Positions 51,119-63,698 of a stretch of 64,000 nucleotides of DNA are shown one piece after another. Positions within the stretch are counted from its first letter, which is position 1. Each line of letters opens with the position of its first letter. Made by a program: the position numbers and the translations under genes. Location of the stretch: assembly GCA_951406725.2 (NCBI GenBank), contig OX597827.1, positions 56,358,001-56,422,000 of the forward strand, given 5' to 3'. The notes under the pieces were generated by a model, which saw only the letters and a list, made by a program, of their open reading frames with translations, was not told where the DNA came from and did not search any database. This DNA is from Octopus vulgaris. Taxonomy: Eukaryota.

Positions 51119-52236
51119 TCATCTAATGTGTCCTTCCTGTATAAGATAGCAAGATGTTATTTGGTTTATATGTTTCTAGTAGGTTGAGCAATGGCATGGA
51201 GACTCCCATGCTTGTGTATGTTTTAATACTTGTTTTAATAATAGTTTGTATCACTGAAAAACTATAATCTCCTTTTCTTAAGCAACTTGTAGTATAAACA
51301 TTGTTCTACTGTCTTTAAACAACCTGCACCTTTTAATACTAATTTTCAACCACAGCAGGAACTTGTTTTGCAAACAGTCCACAAGAATAACTATTTAACT
51401 ATTTGAATTAGAATGAATTGGATTCAAATCCACACTGTTAGCAACTTAATTGCTAATTAACACTTTAATCTGTTTAGTCTGTTTTTATTCCTTACTCCTC
51501 AATGTATTCCATATTATTATAAACCTAGGAAATGCATATACAAGCATCCAGAATGGTGTTTCTCCAAAGGATCTCTGGAGTAATGGAGTAATGACTGGGT
51601 TTATAGCTTAAAGATCAAGGAAATCTCTCCAGGTTGAGCTGCTACATCTTTGCATTAAGAGGTCACAGCTCAGGTACAAGGGACAAGTGGTTAGAATGTT
51701 GTAGGAAAGAAATGCAAGATAGATTCATCAAGCTGTGCCAACTGACAGGGTTGTAATTTCTATTCTAGCTAGGTAACTTTGATTAGCTGTGATTGAGCGG
51801 AAGTATGACAAGTGGCTGGTCAATCATTTGATGAAGATTAATATAAAATCAGAAGAATCAATTTATGACTTGAATGTAGGCCAGTTTTCCAGTTATTTTA
51901 CAAGTGTTTATTTGGTTAATTCTGAGGTGCAAAAAGGCTGTGTTGATACTGACAAAAGTAAAAAATCAGAACAATCAGTTCTAAGCACTTCTTCACTTAT
52001 ACAGTGAAAACTGGTAGACATACTATCATAATTCAGCCTTTAAATTTGGTGTAACGGGTTTTAATCACACCCTTTAGTTGAGTTAACTTTCTATTTGTAA
52101 GCATCTCCTTTGAATTAGGTATATTGTCTCAGGTTAATGATATTCTTTCTGGTATGCTAGTACCGAAGATCAGACAGTGTGTTTCTAGATGACTTTTTAA
52201 TTACCATAATCAATCATTCAAAATGTCTCACTTTAC

Positions 52237-52362
52237 CTTTACATTATCAAAATGAACCATGCAAGTGCTGGATGCTCGGATTCCTAATTTGTCTTCTTTT
52301 TTGGCCACTGTTAACCCTTCAGCGTCTTTTTCAACTATAAAGCATGTGATACCTCGATAACC
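52237..52362 (-). CDS. ACADSB: ACADSB exon 6
   Basis: ttcag| [42 protein letters not shown] |gtaaag. Confidence 0.96.
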
Positions 52363-53748
52363 CTGAAAATATTATGAAATATTTTTTTAAAGAGAGACAT
52401 TTTAAGACATACAAAAATATAAAATTTTGTTATTTCAATTGATATTGGGTTTGATAAAGTACTATTTATACATATCCAGGTTAATAAAATTGTATCTTCT
52501 CACCTATTTATGATCTTGTGCTTATGTGATAAACTAATATGTAACAAGTGAATATCTATGGAAGCAACGTGTGGTGATCAGAAAAGATCTACTGCAATCC
52601 ACAGCCACACAGGAAGCAAAGTACAGTGAAAACTGAGGAGAGGAGGGATTAATTGAAAGATGAGCAATAGGCACGGTTAAAAGAGAAACATGGATAACAG
52701 TGGTTTGTGCAATAGACAGATGAGTGTAATGTGAGTGACAAAGAGGGAAGGAGAGTAATATTGGGTGATAGAGGGGCAAGAGGCTATCAGAGAGATCAAT
52801 GATGTAGACTCGACAGTAAGCATATATATAGATAGATATATATGTGATTTTGATGTAACATTCATTGAAAGCATGCAAAATAATCTGGAAAAGAAAAAGA
52901 AAACCCACAAAACAAAACTCTGTTGCTGGAAAACTCAGAGTTTCCCAAGGTCATGGGTAGTCTAGTATTATATAGAGATGATATTTATATAGATATTATT
53001 GAAAATAAAAACTACTGAATAGAATATTTAAATAAATATTGTGCATATAATATTAATAAATAATAGCATATAACATTAACACTAGACAATAATAATAATA
53101 ATAATTCTTTTTTACTATAAGCACAAGGCCTGAAATTTCATCGACCCCCAGTATTTCACCAGTACTTAATTTATTGACCCCAAAAGGATGAAAGACAATG
53201 TCGACCCCGGCAGCATTTGAACTTAGAAATTGAAGACAGACGAAACACCGCTAAACATTTCGCCTGGTGTGCTAACGATTCTGCCAGCTCGCCGCCTTGG
53301 ACGACGACGACAATGACGATGATAAGAATAATAATGGTTCCAAATTTTGGTATAAGACCAACAATTTCAGGAGAAGGTGTAAGTTGATTACACTGACCCC
53401 AGTGCTCAACTGGTACTTATTTTATCACCCCTGAAAGGAAACTTTGGTGGAATTTAAACTCAGAAAGTAAAGACGGACCAAATAATAATAATAATTTTAT
53501 TTGATAAAGACAATTTTTGCTGAGAAAGAGTGACTGAATTAAGATCCTACCCTAAGCATTTCAAGTCAATCTTGATGTCATCTGAATACCAAGTTACAAA
53601 GCACCAAAATAGATACTGTGTATATCTTTTTGTTGGATGAGAGTAACTGATTTGTAGAGAGATCTATATCAAGGGAGATATGGGAATAAATCCAACAGAA
53701 CCTTGACCTCAATGCTGTCTAACAATTTACCAAAACAAAGATACTTAC

Positions 53749-53919
53749 TGCTTCCGGATTGACATTTGCCATCACTAAAAACACACCAGCATGTTCAGCA
53801 TTTGTAATCCACATCTTACTGCCATTAATAATATAGTAGTCGCCTTGTTTCACAGCTGATGTTTTCAAAGCAAAAGCATCGGAACCAGCTCCTGGTTCTG
53901 ATAAACAGAAACTACCAAC
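53749..53919 (-). CDS. ACADSB: ACADSB exon 5
   Basis: accag| [47 protein letters not shown] |gtaagt; acyl-CoA dehydrogenase signature. Confidence 0.97.
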
Positions 53920-54106
53920 CTGGTTAAAAGAAAAAAAAAAAAAGAAAAGTAGAAAAATCAATTTCAGTGTCTTTTTAATTCACTTTTATTACTTTAGATC
54001 TAATTTTCTTCATATCAGCAATTGTTTAGACATGTGGCATACATTAGGTGTAAATTATATTATTTCTCTTGCTCGCATTTTACCATGTAATATATATATA
54101 TATATA

Positions 54107-54323
54107 ACGGGAAGCTTTATGAAAATAAACAAAAGACGAAGGCAGGTGGAATACAAACAAACAATTGTATTAGTAGGGCGCTCAGGAATATAAATAAAAC
54201 AAGTCTTTTACATTTCGAGCCTACGCTCTTCAACAGAAAGATACACAGAAAAGAAACACGGAGAGAAACAAGGAGAGAAAAAAAATGTGTGCAGAAGCTA
54301 GCGAATCAACATGGCGATCTGAT
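54107..54323 (-). mobile_element. (TA)n-embedded element with variant hammerhead motif
   Basis: (TA)n on both sides. Minus strand UCUUU-CUGUUGA-A-GAGC-GUAG-GCUC-GAAA-UG-UA-AAAGA at 54204-54241. Relatives at 9874-10026 and ~63170-63290. Confidence 0.65.
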
Positions 54324-54774
54324 TATATATATATATGTGCGTAAAGTCCCCCTTCACTCATACATGACCATGGGATAGCACCAAAAAGTTACCCTGCAAG
54401 GCACAAGTCCAAACAAGGTTGTTTATGGAAGGCCAGCAGTCGCCCATGCATACTAGCCTCTCCTCTCCAAGCCACTGATGTTATCCAACGGAAAGGCAAA
54501 GGCCAATATAGCTTGACACCAGTGATGTTGCAACTCATTTCTACAGCTGTATGTGTGTGTGAGTTTGTCCCCTACCACCACTTGACGATCGGTGTTTGTT
54601 TTGTCCCCATTAACACATTATTTCAGTAAAAGAAACTGGTGGACTAAGTACCAGGCTTAAAAATAAGTGCTGGGATTGATTCATTTGATTAAAACTTTAC
54701 ATGGTCATGCTCCAACATAATCATAAACCAAAGACTGAAACAAGTAAAAGATAAAAAGAAAAATACAAACGGAC

Positions 54775-54981
54775 CGTATCACTTGTCAATCGAGGCAGGT
54801 ACTTTTCTTTGTGAGCTGGAGAAGCATGACTTCGAAATACAGCATTGACAACCGTGTTGTGTACATCCACCATAGCACTAACTGCTGGATCAACTTTAGC
54901 CAGTTCTTCTATCACCAGGTTAGCAACAAAGAATGATGAGCCAGTGCCACCATACATTGGATCAATATCTATTCCCATTAA
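54775..54981 (-). CDS. ACADSB: ACADSB exon 4
   Basis: tgcag| LMGIDIDPMYGGTGSSFFVANLVIEELAKVDPAVSAMVDVHNTVVN..KEKYLPRLTSDT |gtccgt. Confidence 0.94.
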
Positions 54982-55892
54982 CTGCAATAAAAAAAAAAAT
55001 TGGTTTTAAATTTTAGTACAAGGTCAGAAAGTTCAGGAGTAGGGATAAATTGATTACAACAACCCCAGTGCTCGACTGGGGCTTATTTTATTGATCCTGA
55101 AAGAATGAAAGGCAAAGTTTACCTTGACATCATTTGAACTCAGAACGTAAAGATGGATGAGAAACTGCTAAGCATTTTGCCCGATGCAGTAATGATTCTG
55201 CCAGCTTGCCACCTTAGAAAAAATATTGCAGGTGTGACTGTGTGGTAAGAAGCTTGCTTCCCTGCCATATGGTTCTGGGTTCAGTCCTACTGCAAGGCAC
55301 CTGGGGCAAGTGTTTTCTATTACAGCCTCGGGCTGACCAAGGCCTTGTGAATGGATTATGTAGACGGAAACTAGATTCATAGGAATTGACATTTTTTCAT
55401 CTTAAGCAAGATGTTGCAGTTTCAATTACCAAACAGTTTATTGAGGTTCTGACAGTCCCATTCTTTAAGTTTCAGATGTTCTGTGACAATGAGGTGAATT
55501 TCTTCTATTTCTGAATATGGGGATATATTGTGTGGGTGTCACTCAGGGATTGAAACTATCTGATTGAGAAGTAAGTTTCTTAATCGCATATACATATCTG
55601 TACCTATCTACCTATCGCTGTATATACGAAATAAATAAATAAACTGTAGAACCAAATTTCTTACCACACAGTTTCCATAGCATAAAATCAACTGAGATTA
55701 CAACAGCATGGGAAGCGGACGCTAAATGATGATGATGATGATGATGATATATATATAATTATTTGAGGGAATATTATTCCTAACTTACAGGGAAAAATTC
55801 AATTTAGAAATACTAAATCAAATTTCACAAAATATAATATAGATGGTGTAATTTAATTGTTCATTTTGAATTGATAAAAGGTTGTTTTTCTA

Positions 55893-55946
<54 letters not shown>

Positions 55947-56052
55947 CACATAAATCTTCACTATCTAAGCTTTGTGTCAACTCTATATGCTTAGAAGTGG
56001 TTTTGAAATCAAAGTTCCCTTTAAATTTTTACTTCTTTATTATGACACTTAC

Positions 56053-56153
56053 TCCATTTTCAAACATGGCATCAATGACTGACTGGTCCATTCTGCTATT
56101 TTCATCCATTTCCTTCACAAGTGGTTGAATCACTTCAATAGCCAACCGACCAA
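56053..56153 (-). CDS. ACADSB: ACADSB exon 3
   Basis: tgcag| (V)GRLAIEVIQPLVKEMDENSRMDQSVIDAMFENG |gtaagt. Confidence 0.94.
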
Positions 56154-57107
56154 CTGCACAAAGAAACAATATACATTTATGTAGTGTGTGAATATATATT
56201 TATATGCATATTATCAACATCATCAATTTGAACATCAATTTCTCCAGCCTGGTATGGATGGGTTAGATGTGTCTCTTCTATAGTGTATTGCTAATTGTTT
56301 AAGTCTTATATCATGTCAGTGTTCTGAAAGTTAACCTTATTACAAATCTAGCCTTCCACCAACAACACTTTCTCAAACACAACCTACTATCCATTTGATT
56401 TGTATACACATATATCCAATGAATTATTTATTTAATGTTTACTGTTTCTGTGTATTTCAGACTGGCCCAGGCAATTTTGTATTGGAAATGACACGAGTGC
56501 GTGGCATAGACATATCATAAAAATGAATGGTGAAACACATGTAGTGACGTCATTCTTCAGTGTGCGTGTGCGGGGCTGGAACCTTCTGGAAAGGCCTAAG
56601 GAAATTCCCTCCTGCACATGCGCTAAAAACTGGGGAAAAAAATTCTATCGCGTTCCTTGTTAGCGTCGGTGACTTGAGACACGGCTATTGAAGAGAGAAG
56701 ACGTGTTTAACATGTTATCAGCCTATGCTCCTGTCCCAGACGCTTGGGGTTTGACTGGCTCTGTTGCTGCTGGACTTTTTGTGAGGTTTATGTTTACAAA
56801 TGTTTAACTTCAGTCTTGCTGTATCTACACCAAGTGGTTACCAATTTACCAATGTGCCTTCTTTATGTAAATAACGAAATAAAGTGTCATATTTTCTAAG
56901 TTTCCTGACGCCGGTAGTTTTTGGAAACAAAGAAGGAAATTGTGTTGCACCCAAACAGTGCAAAAGATACAACCTGTTCCAGACGGTTCCTTTACACACA
57001 CATCTGACACTCTCACAGTTGCTTCCATCACTTTCCTGTAATCTTTTTTATTCATACTCTCTCATACATATACCATACGTTAAAATTAGTTATAGGATGA
57101 TATCTAC

Positions 57108-57333
57108 CTGTGTCCCGCATCATTTCTTCCTCTTCTGATAATTTGTTCAGAGGCAGATGCTTATCCACTGTGGCGGAATGAAGATCTGCAGCTGGAGTAG
57201 ACATCTTTCTTGAAGGAGTGACATGTTGTGCAGAAAATGGTAATGCTAGCCCTTTTCTAACAGCAGTGGATGACCACATTCTGCAGACATTTTGAGGCTT
57301 GATATTTCTCCAGAGAGCAGGACAAAGGGCCAA
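57108..57333 (-). CDS. ACADSB: ACADSB exon 2 (mitochondrial presequence and start of mature protein)
   Basis: tacag| LALCPALWRNIKPQNVCRMWSS..PLNKLSEEEEMMRDT G|gtagat. Arg/Ser-rich, acid-poor leader; phase fits exon 3. Confidence 0.88.
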
Positions 57334-60300
57334 CTGTAAAATAAATTTTAAAAATAAACAAATAATAACAACAACAATAATAATGGTTTCAGATTTTGCC
57401 ACAAGGGCAGCAATTTGTGGGGATGGGATGAGTCTATTACAACGACCCCAGTCTTCAACTGGTACTTATTTTATTGACCCTGAAAGGATGAAAGGAAAAG
57501 TCGACCTTGGCAGAATTTGAACTCAGAATGTAGCAACGGGTGAAATACTGCTAAGCATTTCGTCCAGCATGCTAATGATTCTGCCAGCTTGCTGCCTTAA
57601 ATAATAATAACAACAACAACAACAACAACTGAAAAAAGTATAATAATTCATTTTGATAAAATTAATTAGGATTAACATCCACTTTTCCATGCTTGCATGA
57701 GTCAGATTTTCTATGGCCAGATGTCTTTCCTTTTGCCAAACCTTACCTGTCCTTCTTAACGTTGTCAACATCATCTCTCTACGTACACAGCTCAGCAAGC
57801 AACTCACCCAGGTTCCAAAACTTCACTGTTCATGAATTACTTCACCACGGATCAACAGAGAATATACAACTTGCATGAACTCCTGTATCAAGTGACCCAG
57901 GCAGCAGCATCACACCCTTGACTTCATGTACAAGATGTACCTGTAACAGGCTCAGCATCATGGCCACGATTTCTTGATACAGTATTTCAACTACCATGTA
58001 CTCTTGACTACGAACTGGTATTCATCTTTCTTGTATCTATGACCTTACTTCTCACTTCAATGGCTATAGACACTTTCACTGTCTCCTTATTGCCAGCCTT
58101 AAATGTACTTAAAACACATGCATATATCTATGCTTATGCACACACATACATTTTGTTCTCATGACAGCCTGTCTATTATTCTGTATACATGACACACACA
58201 CAGACACATGTTAACATATCAATAAATATTCTCTTAATCATTCTTCTGCAGTTGTGTCTCTTTTCCATCTGCCAACTAAATGGTTCTATCAATTTTTTCT
58301 TTATTGTAAGGGCTGTGTGATGCGGTACTTAAAGAGCTATTCTTGTACCTCACATCACACAGTCCCTTTACAATATTTTTGGGGGTGCACGCAAGCAAAA
58401 CAGTAAATTGGGGATCCACAGTAGTTCATTAAGGGTCTATGAACAAATTTTGCTTTAGACATATTTATTGCAAGAAACGGCTAGGCTTTACGCAGATCAA
58501 CCTATACAAGTTAATGTGTGAAAAACAAAATAGGAATTTTGAAGAAGCATCTATAAAGCTAGTTTTTAAACCTCGAATGGCTATGGGGGGTCCATCAGAA
58601 TAAAATAGTAATCAAGGTGGTCCATAGATAAAAAAAATTATTTAGAATCCCTGATCTAAACTCTTGTTACACATCTGTAAATTCTTATATCGTTCCTGTA
58701 GTACCTCAAACTTTCAACCTTATACTGAACATGTTCAATTCTTTCACCTGATAACTCCATAACTGCATGTTCTTTAACCACTAACCTCTAACAAACACTG
58801 AACATGAAATGCTATAACCTTCACTTTGTTTTTAATCTCTATTACCTGTCATTCTATTATTAAAATTTACAAACTGGCCGCCAGCTGGCAGAATCATTAG
58901 CACCCTGGACAAAATGCTTAACGGCATTTCTTCTGATTTTACGTTCTGGGTTCAAATTCCACCAAGGTCAATTTAGTCTTTTATACATTCAGGGTCAATA
59001 AAATAAGTCCTAAACAAGTACAGGGGCCAATGTAATCAACTAACCCCCTGTTCCGAATATGCAAAAAAAAACACGTTTTCAAAACTTTTGATCCCCCACT
59101 CCCAGTTTTTAATTTTTAACGTTTTTTCGAAAATTTTGTTTTCAATCTACGTGGAAAAATACGGAGATTAAGAATGTAGGGGGAAAAAAATTTTAATTTC
59201 AAATTTTTTATGAAAAACGTCAAAATTGAGCCACATCCAGCTGTTTAAAAGTGAAAATGAATGGCTGTTTAGTCTGTTTCCGCATACGTAGATTTATAGG
59301 GAAACAGCAAAAGGACCACGGCATGTGAAGCCCTCACCACGAAACTTGATATGCTAAAAATAACAGCTAAATGTCTGGAGAATTTTTGTGCCTGTGTTTG
59401 TGCGCGCGCGCAAGTTTCTACAGCTTATCCGAATGAACAGAGAATGAATTACACAAAATACCTGTCGTATATGTCAGTTTCGTTTTTTTTTTTTGATTTT
59501 TTTTTCGCTCTAAAGGTCAGTTTAGTGGGGGGGGGGGGGTGAATGTCCTCCAGTTGCACCGAAAAAAAATTCTCGTTTATATCATGCTTTTTGTTTTTTG
59601 AAAGGCCTCTTTTGTACAAATTTCGTCCCAACTCAATTGTCGTGTACCCAATAACTATTCTTGTTCCCCGTTTAGAAACGTCTGTAGCAGACAGCATTGG
59701 CGAATCTATTTATTATTATGTTTCCAACTAGATAAGATCAAGTTTACTTGGTAGCGAAGGTTGCTTGTTTCTATGTAAGGAACACTAACCGGTGCAGAGG
59801 ATTGTAAATATTATATTATAAGAACGTAAACAAGTCGAACAGAACACATTCTACTACGTAGTCAGAAGGTCAATGTGTGCGGGTGTAGCATAATTATGTA
59901 ATGTTATGGTTAGGTTTTTCATCTTAAAAACACAAAATGCAGGTGTGCGTGTTAATCTTTAGTCAGATTGTATGTAATTGCTTGCTATTTATTCTCTAAA
60001 TTAGATAACACTGTATTTATTCCGAAGAAGGAGCAGCAACTATAATTAAAAAAAAGACTTCTTCGAAACTTGTGGTTTACATAATCAGATCTTACTGGCA
60101 AACACAACACAAATTCGCAAAAATTTTCTAATAACTCCGTAAAATAGATTCCGCCAATAACAAAATAAACAAGTTATAAACGCATTTCATCAACTTCATA
60201 CGTATTTATTTATAAGTTGTAGAAATGAATATCCCAACCACATCATAAGAAATATTGTTGAACAGACACTTTCAAATCTCTTTGAATTATATATATATAT

Positions 60301-61011
60301 ATATACATATATGGAAGAATACGGGTTCGTTGTAGACATACGTTTCCCACTTGACGCTCAAAGACATTGAGTTCAACAGTATAATTGTTTATTTAGCTCT
60401 CGACTAGACCTGCATTGCAGGGAAGCACTTCCTAGTTTTTCCAGGTTACATTGCACCCTTAGTAAAAGACGAAAGGGTTTCAGGGGAAGTCTTGCCCGGT
60501 TTGATCTTAGAGTAATTTTGCTGCTATTTCTAATGTGTCGGGCGACAGCATAAATACTCATGCGTTGATTCATACAACAGAAGAAATAGATATTGATGAC
60601 TAACTGTTAAAACAAAATAATTTACCGATAATTGCGATTCCAACAAAATAAGTTACTCATAGTATAACTGATTTTGTTTTAAGAAACAAGTAAAAAATTT
60701 ACATTACATTGATGCTTGACAGTCTAATAAAGAAAATCTTCCCCTTATCAGGCTGTTAAGCATCATTGTAAAGATAGGTATCGTGTTTTCATTCTCAAAT
60801 TAATTAAGAACTCAACAGAGATAAGAGGAAAGGTAAGAATTTCAGGCTATTATAATAACACGTGGGATAAACTAATTGTTTACATTTTCAATTTGGAAAT
60901 TAATGTGCCTTTTGTTTTTACTTCCCTTCAATAATATCTGTAGGTTAATAAAATAAGAACAATGTGTGCTTATATTTAAGTAGTTTAGCTATAATTATGA
61001 GCAGAACATAC

Positions 61012-61035
61012 CTTGCCGAAGTAAAACATCGCCAT
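61012..61035 (-). CDS. ACADSB: ACADSB exon 1 (inferred)
   Basis: gaaATGGCG start, MAMFYFGK, strong AAG|gtatgt donor, phase 0 matching exon 2, CpG-retaining region. Total CDS 1353 nt = 450 aa. Confidence 0.7.
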
Positions 61036-61342
61036 TTCGCACTGTTTTTGTCGGTTGTACAGAATAGTGGAATATTATCAACGAACACGTTACTATTGAA
61101 AACTCGTATTCTATAATTCTGGCTGAATGAGAATGTGAAACAGCAGGAATCCACTTGCGTCAGTTGATAGAGGTGAGACAGCTCTCTTTACTCTTTTACT
61201 TGTTTCAGTAATTTGACTGTGGCCATGCTGGAGCTCCACCTTTAGTGGACTTATTCTTTGTAAGCCTAGTACTTATCGGTCACAAGGCTTTGGTCGGCCC
61301 GAGGTTATAGTAGAAGACACTTGCCCAAAGTATGTAGATTAG

Positions 61343-61510
61343 ATTATATTGAAATTTAATAATATGAAAAAGAAAATTGGTAAGCCCATACACATACATA
61401 ACACGCATCATATTGAAACTTGAAATTTTGAAAAAAAATTGTGATGTGTGTCAGTATGTATGTGGGTGAGCCCACCAATTTTTTTTTTTATATTAAATAA
61501 TGATATAATC
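61343..61510. repeat. Imperfect inverted repeat, part of a DNA-transposon relic upstream of ACADSB
   Basis: gattatat..aaaattggtaagcccatacacatac..gcatca is inverse to tgatgtg..gtatgtatgtggg..ccaatttt..atataatc. Related sequence at ~36840-37130. Confidence 0.6.
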
Positions 61511-61774
61511 ATAACTTATACACTCTGAAAGGTATTTGTAATAAATTTTTTTTTAAATACCCATTTTTCCAAAAGTTATGAGGAAACAAAGCTGCTTTAT
61601 ATGGTTTTTCTAAAACTCCTCACCTCACCCCCCCGGAAAAATCTTTTCGACACAAATTCTGATATGATTGGGATCTACACCATCTGAAGCGTATTTCTAG
61701 AAAATTTCATTGAAAACTATCCATTTTTCTGAAAGTTATGAGGAAACAAAGTTGGGTGGCACACATGTGGAGGT

Positions 61775-63075
61775 ATCATCATCATCATCGTTTAACGTCA
61801 GTTTTCCATGCTGGCATGGGTTGGACGGTTTCACTGAGGACTGGCAAGCCAGTATGCTGCACCAGTCTGATCTGGTAAGGTTTCAGCAGCTGAATGCCTT
61901 TCCTAACACCAACCACTCCGAGAGTGTAGTGAGTGCTTTTTACATGTCACCGGCACAGGAACCAGTCAGGCAACACTGGCATCGACCATGTTCAGATGAT
62001 GCTTCTTACGTACCATCGGTACGGGGAGCCAGTCACGCAACACTGACATCAACCTACGCTTGAATGGTGCTTATTACGTGTCACCAGCATTGTTTCCAGT
62101 CAGGTGGCACTGGCATTGGCCACAGCTATGATTTCAATTTTGATTTCACTTGACTTAACAGGTCTTCTCAAGCACAGTGTGTTGCCTGGTAATTTAAGGG
62201 TACTTTTCAATGGGCTGGTTATGCAACATAGGTATTGGCCACAGCTGCGATTTCAGTTTACTTGCCAGGTCTTCTCAATCACAGCATATCTCCAAAGGTG
62301 TCAGTCTCTTGTCATTGTCTCTGTGAGGCCCAACATTCAAAGGTCATGCTTCACAACCTCATCCCAAGTCTTCCTGGGTCTACCTCTTCCACAGGTACCT
62401 TCCACTGTTAGGGTGAGACACTTCTTCACACAGCTGTCCTCATCTATATGCAGCACATGACCATACCAGTGCAGTTGCCTCTCTTGCGCACCATATCTGA
62501 TGCTTCTTATGTCCATCTTTTCTCTCAGAGCACTTACACTCTCTTGTGCATGCGCACTGACATCATACATCCAGCGGATCATACTAGCTTCATTTCTTTC
62601 AAGCCTACGCATGTCCTCAGCAATCATGGCCCATGTTTCACTGCCATGTAGCATGGCTGTTCGTACACATGCATCATACAGTCTACTTTTCACTCTGAAT
62701 GAAAGGCCCTTTGTTACTAGCAGAGGTAGGAGCTTTCTGAACTTTGCCCAGGCTATTATTTTTCTAGCAGCTATGCTCCCCAAGCATCCACCTCCACTAC
62801 AGACTTGGTCACCAAGGTAACAGAAGCTATCAACTACTTCTAGTGTTTCCCCCTGGCATGTGATGGAATCTGTTTTCTGTACATTTTTGGTGTTTATTGC
62901 CCCTGTGCATCTGCCACACACAAAAACTATCTTCCCAGTTAGCCTTCCTTTGATATTGCTGCACCTCTTATGTGTCCATAGCTTACACTGAGTACATCTT
63001 ATGGAGTTTCTACCTACGCCTTTTCTACAGATCAAGCAGGGCCATCTACCTGAAGAGGTTTGTGATTTGTCTGAT
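61775..63075 (-). mobile_element. 5'-truncated RTE-clade LINE with PHD-like finger and (ATG)n tail
   Basis: ORF 62337-63035: VDSFCYLG, AWAKFRKL, LYDACVRTAMLHGSETW, LHWYGHV, GRGRPRKTW. The 3' UTR ends in (ATG)5 at 61775-61789. Confidence 0.9.
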
Positions 63076-63698
63076 CAAACAGGACCATTTGTTACAGATG
63101 TATTAAAAGACTACAGTTTTCAGATAAAAGTCACCAAAGCTTACATATATATATTAATCCTGACCTGGTTTTTTTCTCTCTCTATTTTTTACCTCTTATC
63201 CCTTTCAGTCAAAGAACATGGGCTCAAAATGTCAAAGACTTTTCCATTTTTCCTGAGCATCAAACTAAAAGACCTGCTTGTTGTTCCCATCTACCAAATC
63301 CACTCAGAAGGCTATAGTAGAAAATACCCAAGGTGTTGGGCAGTGGGACTGAACCCAAAACCATGTGGTTGGGAAGCAAACTTCTCACTGCACAGCCACA
63401 CCTACATTGTGTGTGTGTAGAAATAGTGATAACAATGTTTGTTTTGCTATACTTGTACTGATGGATAAGTCTTCTCAAGCATTACATGTCATCATTCGCT
63501 ATGATCTTTTGTCATCTCTTTCATGAGGCTCAGCATCTTGAAATCAATTTTCACTTTTTCATCCCATATTTCCTAGGCCTTTCTCTTTCACAGCATCCAT
63601 TCACATAAAATGTCCTGCAATGTTTTATACAACTGTTATCCTTCATACACATCACCAGTACTGTCTTCTCTCTTGTACACTACATTTTCTTTTTTATA

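Noticed and set aside
57334-57402. Upstream part of ORF 57052-57402 as the ACADSB N-terminus
   Set aside because: Starts at a non-ATG codon in SINE/low-complexity sequence upstream of a clear acceptor at 57334; intronic.
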